This document shows positions 51,095 through 63,430 of a DNA stretch of 64,000 nucleotides, in pieces (positions within the stretch are counted from its first letter, which is position 1; every line of letters starts with the position of its first letter). This stretch comes from Vicugna vicugna (Eukaryota), in assembly GCA_013265495.1 (NCBI GenBank), contig MU057865.1:1178001-1242000 (forward strand), in the 5' to 3' direction. Below the pieces are notes generated by a model. That model was given only the letters and a program-made list of their open reading frames with translations, had not been told where the DNA came from and searched no databases. Position numbers and translations under genes: made by a program.

Positions 51095-51606
51095 AAATGA
51101 CTTTAGAAGACATTCTTTAAAAAAAAAGTAAATTATCCCAAATTCAACTGCAGTCAAGTTAACATCCCATAGAACTAGAGAGTATATTCATGGTACAAGG
51201 AGTGTAGGAGAAAATCTTGCTCCTTTTGAGAGCGTGAATTGATAGGCTGAGGAAAGGATGATGTGACTGGTTGTTACAAACTTCTTGGTGCCAGAATCCT
51301 TTGTTTTTCCAGCTGTCCACATAGGTCTGATCACAGTGTTCCTATAAACCTCCAACAAGACAAATACTGTGATCACTTCTACAAAGTTTTCTCTCTATAT
51401 GAATGGAAAAGTGTTATACATTTAAAGAAACACAGTCTCTGCCTAGATTACTGTTAACTAGCAACAAGGCAAGGGAAGCTGAGACGTTGTTAGACAGCAA
51501 TGTATCTCTGCCATGTAATGTTAATGCTGCTGCCCTCTGAGCTCTCCGAATTTTTCCAGAGTAAAACCAGCACCCATCCTTGAAACTCATCTGCCTCTTC
51601 TTTTAG

Positions 51607-51871
51607 ATGTTTTAAGAGGAGAATCATGCCTCCATCTCCAAATCTGACTGACAGCAGTCCACTAGAAGCAGTGCTGTTGAAAACAAACCCAGACTCATGC
51701 AAGATCCTAAGAGAACTCTGGCATTTGAATTTTGAATTTGAGGCTACCTGTCCTGTGAAGGGATGTGCTACAAAAAGGCTGAAAGTCAGAGAGAAACTGA
51801 GCCACAGTGATGTCCACCAACAATCCCCATGCTCCAATTTTGTAAGAAACGTTGAAAAGCACTGCAGCTAA
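51607..51871 (+). CDS. Candidate terminal coding exon, unrecognised product (CFKRRIMPPSPNL...VEKHCS*)
   Basis: Acceptor CTGCCTCTTCTTTTAG, 87 open codons to TAA, AATAAA at 51965-51970. No homology recognised and no upstream exons confirmed. Confidence 0.2.
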
Positions 51872-52734
51872 TGACGGGGAGTTTAAGTTTGCATCTATTG
51901 GGATAATCAATTTGGTTGGAGTTTAAGAGTTTGTAGGCTTTAGGTGATCATTGTATTCACTGTGAATAAAGTTGTGTACATGATTCCAAAATCCACTACC
52001 AGTTTCTTCCCTAACTTACTTTCTAATAGAAAGGCAATTAGTCTGTCTATGAGACAATACTGGATTCAATGAAAGAGTGAAGATAACAAACAAAGGATAT
52101 TTTTGCCTTATCATGCTTATACTGTAATTTTTATTTTGTTCAGTAGGTGAGACGCAACCCTTCCAAACTCATCTGATAACATTTACCCTTTTTTTTTTTG
52201 TTTTCTTTACATAGTCCGTAGTCTTTCCGGGCTTCCAGACTCCCAGGCTTTGTGCTTGCTCTCCCTCTGCTACGGCTTCCCTTTTCCTGCCTCTTGGCTT
52301 AGCCAACTCTTCTCGCTCTTCAAGAGCTCAAATTTTATCTCCCCAATCTCAGTACCTAAAGTCACAGTCTCCCAAACTCACAATTTCCCTAGAACGTTTC
52401 CATCAAGAGCTTTCTATCTGAAATTATTTATGCAGTCGTGAAGTTCTAGTTATTTATTTACATATTCAGTTATTCTAGAAATGGAGATTTCTGCTTTCTT
52501 TTTTTCTAAAACTAAACTGAATTTCCTATTAATAAAGCTGATACTTCATCTTAGCACACTTAGAAACATGCCTGGCTCTTCCTCCTCCTGACCAGACTCC
52601 GAAAAGCAACTAAATTCTAGGGGTTCACCAAATGACCCTGGGTAGGTGGCAGGACATGGTGTGTGTGAGGAGAATCTTGTTACTTGTCCTTTCCTGTGAA
52701 ACTAAATGAACCATGAGTTTCGTGACCCCTCCAT

Positions 52735-52823
52735 GTCCTTGTATCCAGTTCTGTGTTTTTGTATTAAAAGAAAGCCCTCCAATTGTGTAAGTTTTAGGTC
52801 CCACAAAACCTGAATCTACTCCT
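52735..52823 (-). mobile_element. hAT (MER96B/MamTip-like) terminal fragment
   Basis: GCCCTCCAATTGTGTAAGTTTTAGGTCCCACAAAACCTGAATCTACTCCT resembles a recalled hAT terminus. Confidence 0.45.
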
Positions 52824-54596
52824 AAAAATATCCTTAGAAAGGCCATAGAACTGAAACATTGTGTTTCACACTGATTAATCCATCCATACAAGTCACATTC
52901 TGACTTGGGGAGCTTCAAATTAAGAGGAATAGTGACAAATTGCTTGCTCTGGAATCTCTGTCATTGGAAGGATGGTTGACACTTCTGCTGAGATGTTTAT
53001 CCCAAAGAGAAGAAGCCACAAGGTGACCACATTGGCAGTATTTGAAAGCCTGATGGACTTCATGCAAAAAATAAGATGCAATATATTTTCGTAACTCCAA
53101 GGGAAGGAATTAGACCGAGAAGGGAACAGGGAAGGGAGCAGGGTTCCTAGAGACCAAATATGTGCCAGACACTTTCCACTTCCTCACTGCTTCTTACAGA
53201 CAAGGGGATGTATGATGGATGTCCTATTCACAGCTCTTTACAGAGTAAGAAAAGCTTTAGAAGAATTGAATCTTCTTCGCAAGGTCACTTACCTAGTGAG
53301 TGCCCAAAACAGACGCATTCATTCCTTTATGACTCTAAATCTTTCCAAGGGCATTAAATACCCTGGGGAATACGTCTCTGTTAGTATGATATGCTTAAGA
53401 ACAGCGCTGTTATGTAGTATGAATATTACATTTCTTAATAATAAAATAGTATTTTTTTACATTTATGTGAGTTGTGTGTTCTAGACATATTATTGAAATA
53501 TCCTGTATTGACCGCAGCAACTACATAAACAGGCAGGTGAAACAGAAACACAAATAAGTAGATATATGAACATTAATTACTTTTTGTACAGGAGACGTGG
53601 GGCAAGACTGTGTTCACGCTGCGACGCCACCTGCGGCCATAAGAGAACCATTCAGAAGAAAGATAGAGGACATAAGACCGGATGGTCTCCAGACTGTGGA
53701 TGGGGAAGGCAGGGGTGGGAATCTTACTGCTGGAAAAGAGAAAGAGGCTTTGGAAACAGGGAGAGAGGGAGCAATATTAAAAAATAAACTCACAATGGAA
53801 GGAATCAAAATAAAATAAAACGAAGCCCTTCCATTATTTCGGGTCCCATAAGGAGTCTGCAAAACAACAACTTGCTGTCAGAATGAAACTCTGAGTGTTC
53901 CCATCAGAACTCAGCTGCATGAAGCAGGAGCGGCCCTCGGCACATTACGCTGCTGTCATTTCTCCGTAAATCCGTGTCATTAGCATTGATTTCTCGAGGA
54001 GAGATTAAAAGAGGTTTAGTTCGGAGAGGAAGGCAGGAGTGGATATTATCCAAACCAGTGCAGCTCTGGGTCTCAGAGATGACATTTTCCTCTCTGCTTC
54101 ATTAACTTGCAAAGCTTGTCGAGCTTTGACTGTTTCTAATTAATTCTTTTACTTTTTTTTTTTTTTTGGAGTGTGGATCATCGCAGGCAAACCATATAAA
54201 ATGAAGAAATCTCTCTAAGGTTTTACCCTTTTAATTATTATTTTTATTGCTTAAATGAAGCTCCAGAATTGCAAATGTTGACATTTTGGTTTCTTCAAGT
54301 CATGAGAGTTTTCAAAAGGGGGAAAAGAAGGAAAAAAAGAAAGGAAGAGGAGAAGGGAAAGGGTGAGGAGGCGAGGTGGCGTTGCGTGGGGGGAAATGAG
54401 GTGAGGATGGGTCTCAATTGTGGAGACAAATGCGGAGGAGGGAAAAACAAACAGATTTGTCAAAAGTCACCTCCATGATGATTTTGCTCTTTTAAAAATG
54501 AACAGGAAATGAAATGTCACTAGAGGTAATTCCCATTGGTCTCTTACAACAGCCAGTGCTCAGAATATACAGAGCTTGCCACTGCCTGCCATTGGC

Positions 54597-54823
54597 TTTT
54601 TAAAATTTTATTTTTATTAAAGTATAGTCAGTTTATAATTTTGTGTCGGTTTCTGGTGTACAGCATAATGTTTCAGCCACACATATACATATATATTTGT
54701 TTTCATATTCTTTTTCATTATAGGTTACTACAAGATATTGAATATGATTCCCTGTGCTGTACAGTGTAACCTTGCTGTTTGTTTATTTTATACATAGTAG
54801 TTAGTATCTGAATCTGCAAATCT
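54597..54823 (-). mobile_element. 5'-truncated L1 3' UTR end
   Basis: AAGTATAGTCAGTTTATAAT...TTTTCATATTCTTTTTCATTATAGGTTACTACAAGATATTGAATAT...TCTGCAAATCTC. Candidate TSD: ATTGGCTTTT / ATTTGCTTTT. Confidence 0.9.
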
Positions 54824-56129
54824 CGGTATTTGCTTTTATGTAAGTAAGTAGTTCCTAGCAAATGTGGTACATGGTTTTTTTGTTTGTTTGTTTTCTGTTT
54901 TGGTGTCCATTTGTTTGTTTTCATTTGCATATTAGAAGTACAGAGAATAACCTTGGGGAAAAAACATCAATCAAAACAAATTATTAAAAGGGAAATTTGC
55001 TTTTGTGATTCGGGGAGCGCTTTCTCAGGAAAGCAGCTCTGGCAGCCCCAAGAAATCTGTTTCAACCAATAGTAATTGAACACCTCTGTGAAAAATACTC
55101 TGTTGGACGTGTGCATAAATGTTGGGGGGTGTGTGGAGGTGGAGTCTGATAAAGAAATTCTAGAGAAATCTAACTTTTCGTATTCTGCATTGAGTGTGTA
55201 ATCTAAGAGCCATTCCAATCAAAATGAAAGCTATGCTCTCACCAACAGTTTCCTTCCCACACATTGAAATGGAAAATGGAGTTTAATTTACAAGTCCACT
55301 TTTGAAGTTAGGAGGCATTTCTTCCCCACAGAAATGTGTTTTAGACATGTCGTTTTAGCTCCCAAGCCACTCACAAAAGCCTATTTAAGTCATAATGTAG
55401 CAGAACTACAGTCATGTCCTAATGACACGATGGAAACTAAACACAAAGCGTGGCGATGTTTCTGTGGGCTAATGTATTCAGAATTCAGATTTGCATCTCC
55501 GGGAATGGGTCTCTGCCGCTGCGATGGGAGGGGAGTTATTCTAGCACCAAATCCTCAGAGTCCCTTTCATTTACACGCAGAGATTTAGCAGGCCAGAACC
55601 CGCAGACGGGTGGAAGGAAGGGCTGAGGGCCGGTGGGGAGGCGTCAGAGCAGGATGGCGAGGAGTCTTGAGAAACTGAGGCTCCTGGTCTAGACAATCCC
55701 TGGGGGGCGTGGCTTGGCCTGGCTGGCCCCGGGTTGTCAAGTTTTCATTTATGTATCCAAAGGAAAGTTCGGGTTTCTTTTCTTGCCATTCCCCAGGATT
55801 GGTCTCACATTTTTTTCTCTCCTTTTTATCACATCCCTGAAGGGATCACATACTTCTTTTAAGAATTTTTAAGATCTGTCTGCTCGCTCTCTCTCTCTCT
55901 CTCTTTTTTTTTTTTGATTCCTTATGTGAAGGCAAGGAAGTTATAGAAGACTCCTTCCCTTTTTACTTCTATTGCCATCTCCTGTCCCCTCAGTGTCCTT
56001 TCTCATGTTGTAGCTTACACCCTAGAGAAAAAGCTAAAATCTGTGCATAATCATTTCCATTTCAAAGAACGAAATGGAGTCAGTCTAGGAAAGGAGAGAA
56101 CTGAGGGGTAACCGTAATATACAAATGAT

Positions 56130-56295
56130 AACTGATACTTATTGGTTGTGCACTATGGGACAAGTAGCGTTTTAGGTAATTTGCATGTGTTAATTCACTT
56201 AATCTCCCTAAAAAGCAGGTAGAATTATTATCTCTTGTGTACAGATGAGAAGACTGAGGCACTGCCCAAGATCACAGAGCTTCATAGGTGATGAG
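56130..56295 (-). mobile_element. MIR SINE
   Basis: TTAATTCACTTAATCTCC...ACAGATGAGAAGACTGAGGCAC..TGCCCAAGATCACA. Confidence 0.8.
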
Positions 56296-59200
56296 GTGAA
56301 GACAGATTCTTCAAAAGGGCCGAAGAACGCTGCAGAGAAGCCCAGTGTTGAGATCAGAATACACCTGCTAAGAAAGGCCTTGTTAAGGGGGTGCTGTTTC
56401 TCTCCACCACCCCTTTGTTCCTAATCACCCATCACAGTTAGTCCAGCCCCTACAAGTCTGAGTTGATTCTAAATCCAGAAAGGTAAGGGAAAGGGAAGGA
56501 TTTCAGTTTCACTTCAGATGTATAAGAAATACCTTTTCTCTTATTTTTCTGTGACTCAGCTGTATTTCCAAATATGATCTCCCATTCCACCAGGTGTTTG
56601 AAAATTTAGTTTAGTTGTTCTTGGTGGTGTAGGATTCTAGGGTTGATGGTTTGGGAAGATGCTGAAAACCCCATCATCTATCTGTACAGGTTACCTCCGA
56701 GGCATCCGTCACTCCTGGGTATCCGACCTCTTCAGGTCCCCAGTCTCTCTGCTGTCCCAGATTCACACGTGGAAATTGGGACTTTTGATTAAGCCTGGGA
56801 ACCCTGCGCCAGAACCCACACACTCTGCTGCCATTCCGATTGGGGCATCTGGCCATTGACCAGCAATGCTGCCCAGATTCAAGGACCAGCGCCTCTTTGC
56901 TCTGGGACTTCCGGAATTTTCTTTCCCCACTCTCCAAACCAGGTCAGGGAAAGTTTCTATTACAGGGAAGAATGCAAGTGTGTTCTCTTTTCACATTTCC
57001 TCTTAGTGTTTTTTCCACCTCTTTCATATGGTCTGTGAGAGTATTCTACCTGCTCAGGAAAATTTAACCTTTTGAGAGAAAAAAAATATATGTATACATA
57101 TAGAAATACCTGTAGGCTACTCCAGCCTTCCATCATGAGCGTGGTTACAATAGAATTAGAGAAGTAGATCAATGAAGGGAAGGAAAGAGGAAGCAATGAG
57201 GATGATAAATAAAAGATAACCCTTTCCTAATACTTAAAAATGCTTCCAATCACAGCAAGAATGAGAAGGGATTCCTAAGCGAAAATAAAGTGGCAGGGAG
57301 AGGGGAGATGTAAGGGCAGCATCTTGAGGCCGTGGCAGGCGGATAATGGGGATTTCTGTAGCCATAGTGTCTATCAGAGAGTCTTAAGCTTTAGATGAAG
57401 AGTGGCTGGGATGGAGAGATTGGGTGGTAGAATTATTAAGGAAGAACACGGGGCTTCCTCTGGGTTTTGAAAGATCAGTAGGATTTGGAAAAGCAAGAAT
57501 AGGAAAGGAAATATGCTAAATTGCAGTCTATCGAGCTGAATATATCATGCGGTTTGCGTAGGGTCAAGGACAGCCCACCAGGAGGGAAAGGAGTCCAGCC
57601 GGACAAGCATGAAGCTCAGACTTCAGTACCGGTCCCTGCTCTGCCAACAAACCCGACCTTCTGCCTGGAGGTCAGATTTCTCCTGTGGAAAGGGAAGTTG
57701 CCTTCTTGGACCCATTTGCTCCCTTCTGCTGCTGCCATTTTGTGTGTGAAGCTGAAAATCAAGTCTGATTCGCCATCCAGATATTGGTCCTGGACACTGT
57801 CAGTGAAATGAGCACGTCATGTGCTCCCTTCCCTCAAAGGAGTTTATAGTGTCGAGGTGAAAATGATCAGTAAAAGTCAACATTCAAGAAAGCAAAATAC
57901 TGTGTTCTTTGCTTTTCTGATCTGATTTCAGATGTCATCCTTTTCTTCTTTGATTCCTGGCACAAATAGCGAAGCTTATTTTTCAAACTGCACCTCTCTC
58001 GCTGTTCCTCCTTCATATCTCTGTGAAATTAGTCCCAGTGAGACCATGGCCATGAGTACCCGTGTGCAGATGACCCAGTGAGTTGCTGGCACAGCTTGTA
58101 CGGTTGTGCTAATGAACTGATTCTCTAAGTACAGAGGTGTTGGCAATAGAGCGTTTGTTCTGTTTCTACACGGCACGAATTAATTTTCCAGGGTTACAGA
58201 ATGGTCCAAGTCTAAAATGTTTACTTTCACTTCTCTCCGATGCTGGACTCCATTGTTTGGCTCCTTCTTAATAAAACCCAAGAGCTTCAGGCTTCAAACT
58301 GTATCTGCCCTTTCCTTTAACGTTTCATACAGTTTCCTTCAAGTATCTATAACTTCACAAAGAGACTTCTCCTCTGTAATTTTATTTTGTCCAAGCAATA
58401 AACAAAATGCTTGTGTGGGGTTCAGCCAGGCTGGAGGATGTTTTTAGCATCAGTCAAAATGATTTATTTCCAGTATCTTGAGATTTGGTGTAATTGTTTT
58501 CCATCTCAGTGTATTTTTATTTTTATTTCTTTATTGATTTTGCCTCTCTCGGGAAACAGAGGCAAATTAGTAATGAAGAGAGGTCTGTTTGCACTTGGAT
58601 TCGTCCTTACATAGCCATCAGGTGTTCTGGCAAAGGGTGATGCCACATCCGAAGGAACACTGGAAAGCAGTCACCCTGAAGGAAATAAATTGGAGACTAA
58701 AAAAAAAAAGTCTGCTTGTTTGCCATGGTGATGTTTTGAGTCAAACACGTTTGACTGTCACGAAGATCATAGTGAATAAACACAGAAGTGATCCACTGTT
58801 CATAAGCGTTTGAGTTTTGGAGACGGGAGGCAGAGAGGGTAGAATTTGCTGGTGAGTAAAACTTCTTCCAGGCAGGTGGCTAAACCTTGACAAGCTGCCA
58901 ATGCACTTAGCAGCAGCCGCCGTTGCTCAAGGCACTCTTCTCTGCTTTGAATTTTTCCAGACTGAAATACTTGAGCAAAAGAAGTTGCCAGCAACTGCCA
59001 TCAGCAAAGCATTGGATAAATGACAGAAAGAGAGGTTGAATAAGCGCCGGGGCAGGTAAGGCAATGGGTGGGCCTTCTGGTGATGGAGAAGCAGCGAGGA
59101 CCAAGGTGAATGGAGGTGGCTGCATGAACAGGAGTGTATCAGGAAGCCAGGGAATCTGCTCTTGGATCTCCGTGGAGGACGTGGAAAGTGACATCTCCCT

Positions 59201-61519
59201 CATCTTAGGAACAGGGATCCACTGGTTTGACTCCATTGTCTGACATAGAATCATAAATATTAACTATTGATTGAAAAGGTGGAATAGAATTTCTTTGGAG
59301 TAAAAGTGGCTAGAAGGGCACTCTAAGCTGAATTCATCTGGGGGACAAGCTGTAAGCGGTTCCAGTCTGTCTTGAAAACTGCAGCGCTTGACCTGGAAGC
59401 CTGGCTTTTAGTTCCAACCTCTGCTCTGCCCCATCTGGCCAGGTGACTTTGCGTGGCCAGGTAGCTTCTCCACACCTTAATATCTTCATGTGTTAAAACA
59501 AACAGAAATAACAATGAAGAAAGATTAGATCATGTTTAGTATAACTTCTAGGTGTGATGCTTTATTTTATTTTATTTCATTTCATTGTTTTAGGAGAGAC
59601 TTTCAAAACAGCAGCTGTGCAGGGAAAGTGTTAAAACAGATCAAACTTAATACACAAATGCAATAATTGGGATTGGAAATGCCAGCATTAACGAGGTTAC
59701 CTGTCCGCAGGGGGAAATGAGTTATTATAAAAAGTATCCCTGACTCTCCATTAACATTCACATGATTGAGAATTTATTTTTAAACTCAAGCAATCTACCA
59801 TTTTGCCTGTACATGCACCAGGATGAAATGAGAGCTTCCAGCAGGAGCAGCTTTGAAAAAGCAGAATTTGATAAGTGTAGTAGGACTTACATCTTTAGTT
59901 GATGGTTTCTTTAGTATCTGGATGATCACTTCTCAGGAATTAAATTCTCCTGAGGTTCCACCTCTTTCCACCTTAATTTTGTCACAAACTGTTCTAAAAT
60001 AAAAAGTCAGACAAGGAATTAGTCCGATAATGTATTTTATTTTCCTTTACTTTTAAAATTTTATCTGAAAGGATTTACATACAATCCTAGCAGGAAATGT
60101 GGATCAACAGCTTGATGTCATAGAAAAAAGCACTGTTCCTGGAATTAGAAGATTTAAATTCTAGACACTTGGCCTTGGGCAACTCAGTAACTCTGAGCTT
60201 CTGTTCTTTTATGTTATTGGCTTTGTTTGTTCTTTAGTTGGTAAAACATAGGAAGATGTGATAAAGATCTCTCTGAACCTTTTCTATCTTAAATTTGTCA
60301 ACTGCCTATGATGAAGAATTAAATTTTATGGTAAAACATTTTAGATTTTTAAAGTGCATCATCACATATGCACAAGATGCCTACGGACAATGGAACATTT
60401 AATTTGAGATTGTAGTTTACATAGGTAGGGTTGGTTCAACCCGTGGAGAGCCCTGACCAGCCTGGGAATTCTGACTTGGTGCCCTTAATTTCATCCTCAG
60501 ACAATTAACATATAGGTGACTTGCTGGGGAAGATGCATTTGAAAGACTAGGGTAAGTGCTAATTACTAGAAGAGTCGCATTGTTTAACCAAGCTGTTTCT
60601 TATCCCGTGAGATAGGACTCTGTTATAATTTCTACCTTCAGATCAAAAATTATACATGAATGAGTTAAGGGATCTTTTCCCAGGACCTCAAAGCAAGTTA
60701 AGCATCATAATCAGGATTTGAATCCAAGTCTCACAACCACACATTTAGAGCTCAAAGCGCCTTAGAAGTTATTTAAGAATCCAAGTACAGGGCTACTTTG
60801 AGAAAACATGTAGTTTAGGAATCTTTCGCTTAAAATAGAAATAAAGACAGATTCAGGAGAGATACTTTGTGACTATATAACTACAATTTCCCTGTGAAAA
60901 ATATCTATTTTTTCTTTGCCCAACATCACCTACATAGGTATTCTCTAGGCAAGCAATAACACTTTCAAAATGTGTCTTCCTTGACCTCATTCCTGGTTCC
61001 TTAAACACTGTCTGTCTTCCATAGCAAATAATTTCCCTTACTTCATGTCTAATACCTACCAGTTCTTCCCACTCCAGCTAACCAGTAATCTGTACTTCAT
61101 GGTACCTTATCTCTGGTTGGGGTTTTCGTACTTATTTTTGTTTCTTTCTTATCAACCTAAATTCCACAGAAAGCGAATCACATGAAAGCATGCTTGGTCT
61201 GCTAGCCTCACCATTTCACCACCTCCAACCTCACCGCAAATCTAGGTCTCCCCTCCTGCTGTTGTAAGACACCCAGACACATGACTGAAACTTGCTGGCT
61301 CCGCGGACATTCTCTTAATTTCTGTTCGAGATACTGTCATGCTGTAACTAATGTTAAATGGTGCCTTGCATGTGTCCTAATATGATCTCCGTTTTTTAAG
61401 TCTCTATTTATGCCTTTGTGTTTAACTGGAACCTAATGTTGTTCTTAATTGATGAATTTCTCATCAGGTGCTACACTCCCATGTTGTTGTTCGTAAAGTG
61501 GAGCTGAAATACAAACATA

Positions 61520-61850
61520 TGAATATAGAGATTATCATATTAAGTGAAGTAAGTCAGAGAAAGACAAATGCCATATCACTTACGTGGAATCTGAAAAAAG
61601 ATGATACTGATTTTATTTACCACCCAGAAATAGACTCTCAGACATAGAAAGTCCCCTATGGTTACCAAAGGAGAAAGGGGAAGGAGGATAAATTAGGAGT
61701 TTGGGATTAACACTGCTATACATAAAATAGATAAACAACAGGGACCTACTTACTATATAGCACACGGGACTACATTCAGTTTCTTGTAAAAAGAGAATGG
61801 AACATAATCTGAAATATAAATATATACATATTATATATATATATATATGT
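61520..61850 (+). mobile_element. Older artiodactyl L1 ORF2 end/3' UTR
   Basis: TAAGTGAAGTAAGTCAGAGAAAGACAAATGCCATATCACTTACGTGGAATCT...GGAGTTTGGGATTAAC...AAAATAGATAAACAAC. Confidence 0.88.
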
Positions 61851-62050
61851 GAAAAGGGAAGATATGAATAAATACTGTTAAGAATGTTCATAACAATACA
61901 GTCTTGTCTGAGGGATATATCCCTTTGGACCTTATAATAATTGTATTGATTTAAGCCAGTGTTTCTTGTACTTTTTCCAAACTATTTCACTGCTCATTTA
62001 TACAGAATATGAGACGGGGTCTATGTTCAAGATATTTACAGTTTAGCTTG

Positions 62051-62570
62051 GGAACTCTTTCTTTTTTTTTTTAACATTTTTTATTGATTTATAATCATTT
62101 TATCATGTTTTTTCAAATTCCAGTGTTCAGCACCATTTTTCANNNNNNNNNNNNNNNNNNNNNNNNNNNNNNNNNNNNNNNNNNNNNNNNNNNNNNNNNN
62201 NNNNNNNNNNNNNNNNNNNNNNNNNNNNNNNNNNNNNNNNNNNNNNNNNNNNNNNNNNNNNNNNNNNNNNNNNNNNNNNNNNNNNNNNNNNNNNNNNNNN
62301 NNNNNNNNNNNNNNNNNNNNNNNNNNNNNNNNNNNNNNNNNNNNNNNNNNNNNNNNNNNNNNNNNNNNNNNNNNNNNNNNNNNNNNNNNNNNNNNNNNNN
62401 NNNNNNNNNNNNNNNNNNNNNNNNNNNNNNNNNNNNNNNNNNNNNNNNNNNNNNNNNNNNNNNNNNNNNNNNNNNNNNNNNNNNNNNNNNNNNNNNNNNN
62501 NNNNNGTTGGGGTGCTCATCCTGAAATAGGGTTCCTTCTGGATACAAGCCCAGGAGTAGGAACTCGTTCT
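62051..62570 (-). mobile_element. Young 5'-truncated L1 spanning the assembly gap, with 12-bp TSD
   Basis: The left flank closely matches the tail at 31504-31582 and the right flank is ORF2 sequence. TSD: GGAACTCTTTCT (62051-62062) and GGAACTCGTTCT (62559-62570). Confidence 0.88.
62143..62505. other. Assembly gap (363 N)
   Basis: Run of N. Confidence 1.
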
Positions 62571-62669
62571 GATGAGAAATGATAAATAACAATATATAAA
62601 AATGAATTGAAGTGGATTTTAAAAAAAAAAAGATCAGATATCACCTCCCTTAAAACCCGGGCCATTTCT

Positions 62670-63085
62670 GTAGCTACTTGTCCAAAAGAATGCAGCAGAA
62701 GTGACCCTGTGCCAGCCTATGGGCTTGGCTTTTAAGAGGCAGGAAGGTTACCTTCCCCCTCTCAGTGCTTGAATCCGGAACCCAGCCATCTCTGTATGAG
62801 GAAGCCCCAAATAGGCACATGTAGAAGCGAATCAAGGCTCCCAGCTGAAAGGTACCACTGACAACTGGGACCTGTTTGTCAGCCATGAGAGTGAGCCACC
62901 TTAGAAACAGATTTCCAGCCCCAATCAGGTTGCCAGCACTGACACTGGTGGAGCACAGATGAGACACTGTCACAAAGCCTTGCTGAGATTACAGCTCCCT
63001 TAAAAAAAAAAAAAAAACTGACTATTTAAAATGTGAACTCATTAAATTTGGAGATGGCTCATCACGTAGAAAGAGGTAAGTACAA
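62670..63085 (+). mobile_element. MLT1 (F/H-like) MaLR solo LTR
   Basis: AGAATGCAGCAGAAGTGAC..GGAACCCAGCCATC..TGAGGAAGCCC..CAGCCATGAGAGTGAGCCACCTT..TTCCAGCCCCAATCAGG. Confidence 0.8.
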
Positions 63086-63089
63086 GTTC

Positions 63090-63430
63090 GGGTTTTGCTT
63101 GTTCTGCTGTCATTATTTCTCAATGTGTTTCTCTCTCTAAGCTCGCTTTGACTTCTCTCAAACCCAACTCCTCAGAGCGCTCTTCCCTGACAGCCCCACC
63201 CAAAGTCACACGCTGCTACCTAACTGTTCCCGCTACCTTTGCTTGGTTTTTTATCATAGCGTATACGTCTGCCTTAATTATTGTATGAATCTGTTTACTC
63301 TCCTCTACCTCGTTAGAATATAAGATGCTTGAGAAGAGGGACTTTCCTTTTGTTTATTGTTCTGTCCTCTCTTCCTAGATTAGTGCCTGGCATGTAGCCA
63401 ATGCTTAATAGCCACTTGTGAATAAATGGC
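63090..63430 (+). mobile_element. L2 LINE 3' end
   Basis: TTAGAATATAAGATGCTTGAGAAGAGGGACT...TAGTGCCTGGCATGTAG..TGCTTAATA..TTGTGAATAAATG. Confidence 0.8.

Noticed and set aside
51332..51368. V(D)J recombination signal CACAGTG...ACAAATACT
   Set aside because: The spacer is 21 nt, the nonamer is 7/9, and there is no adjacent V/J segment. The inverted repeat explains it better.
51500..51905. Selenoprotein (in-frame TGA at 51581 plus ATGA-N10-AA...GA SECIS pattern at 51871)
   Set aside because: The helix above the putative quartet has several mismatches, the motif overlaps the stop codon, and the peptide resembles no selenoprotein family.
62084..62592. ORFs of 130-150 aa
   Set aside because: Artefacts of the N run.
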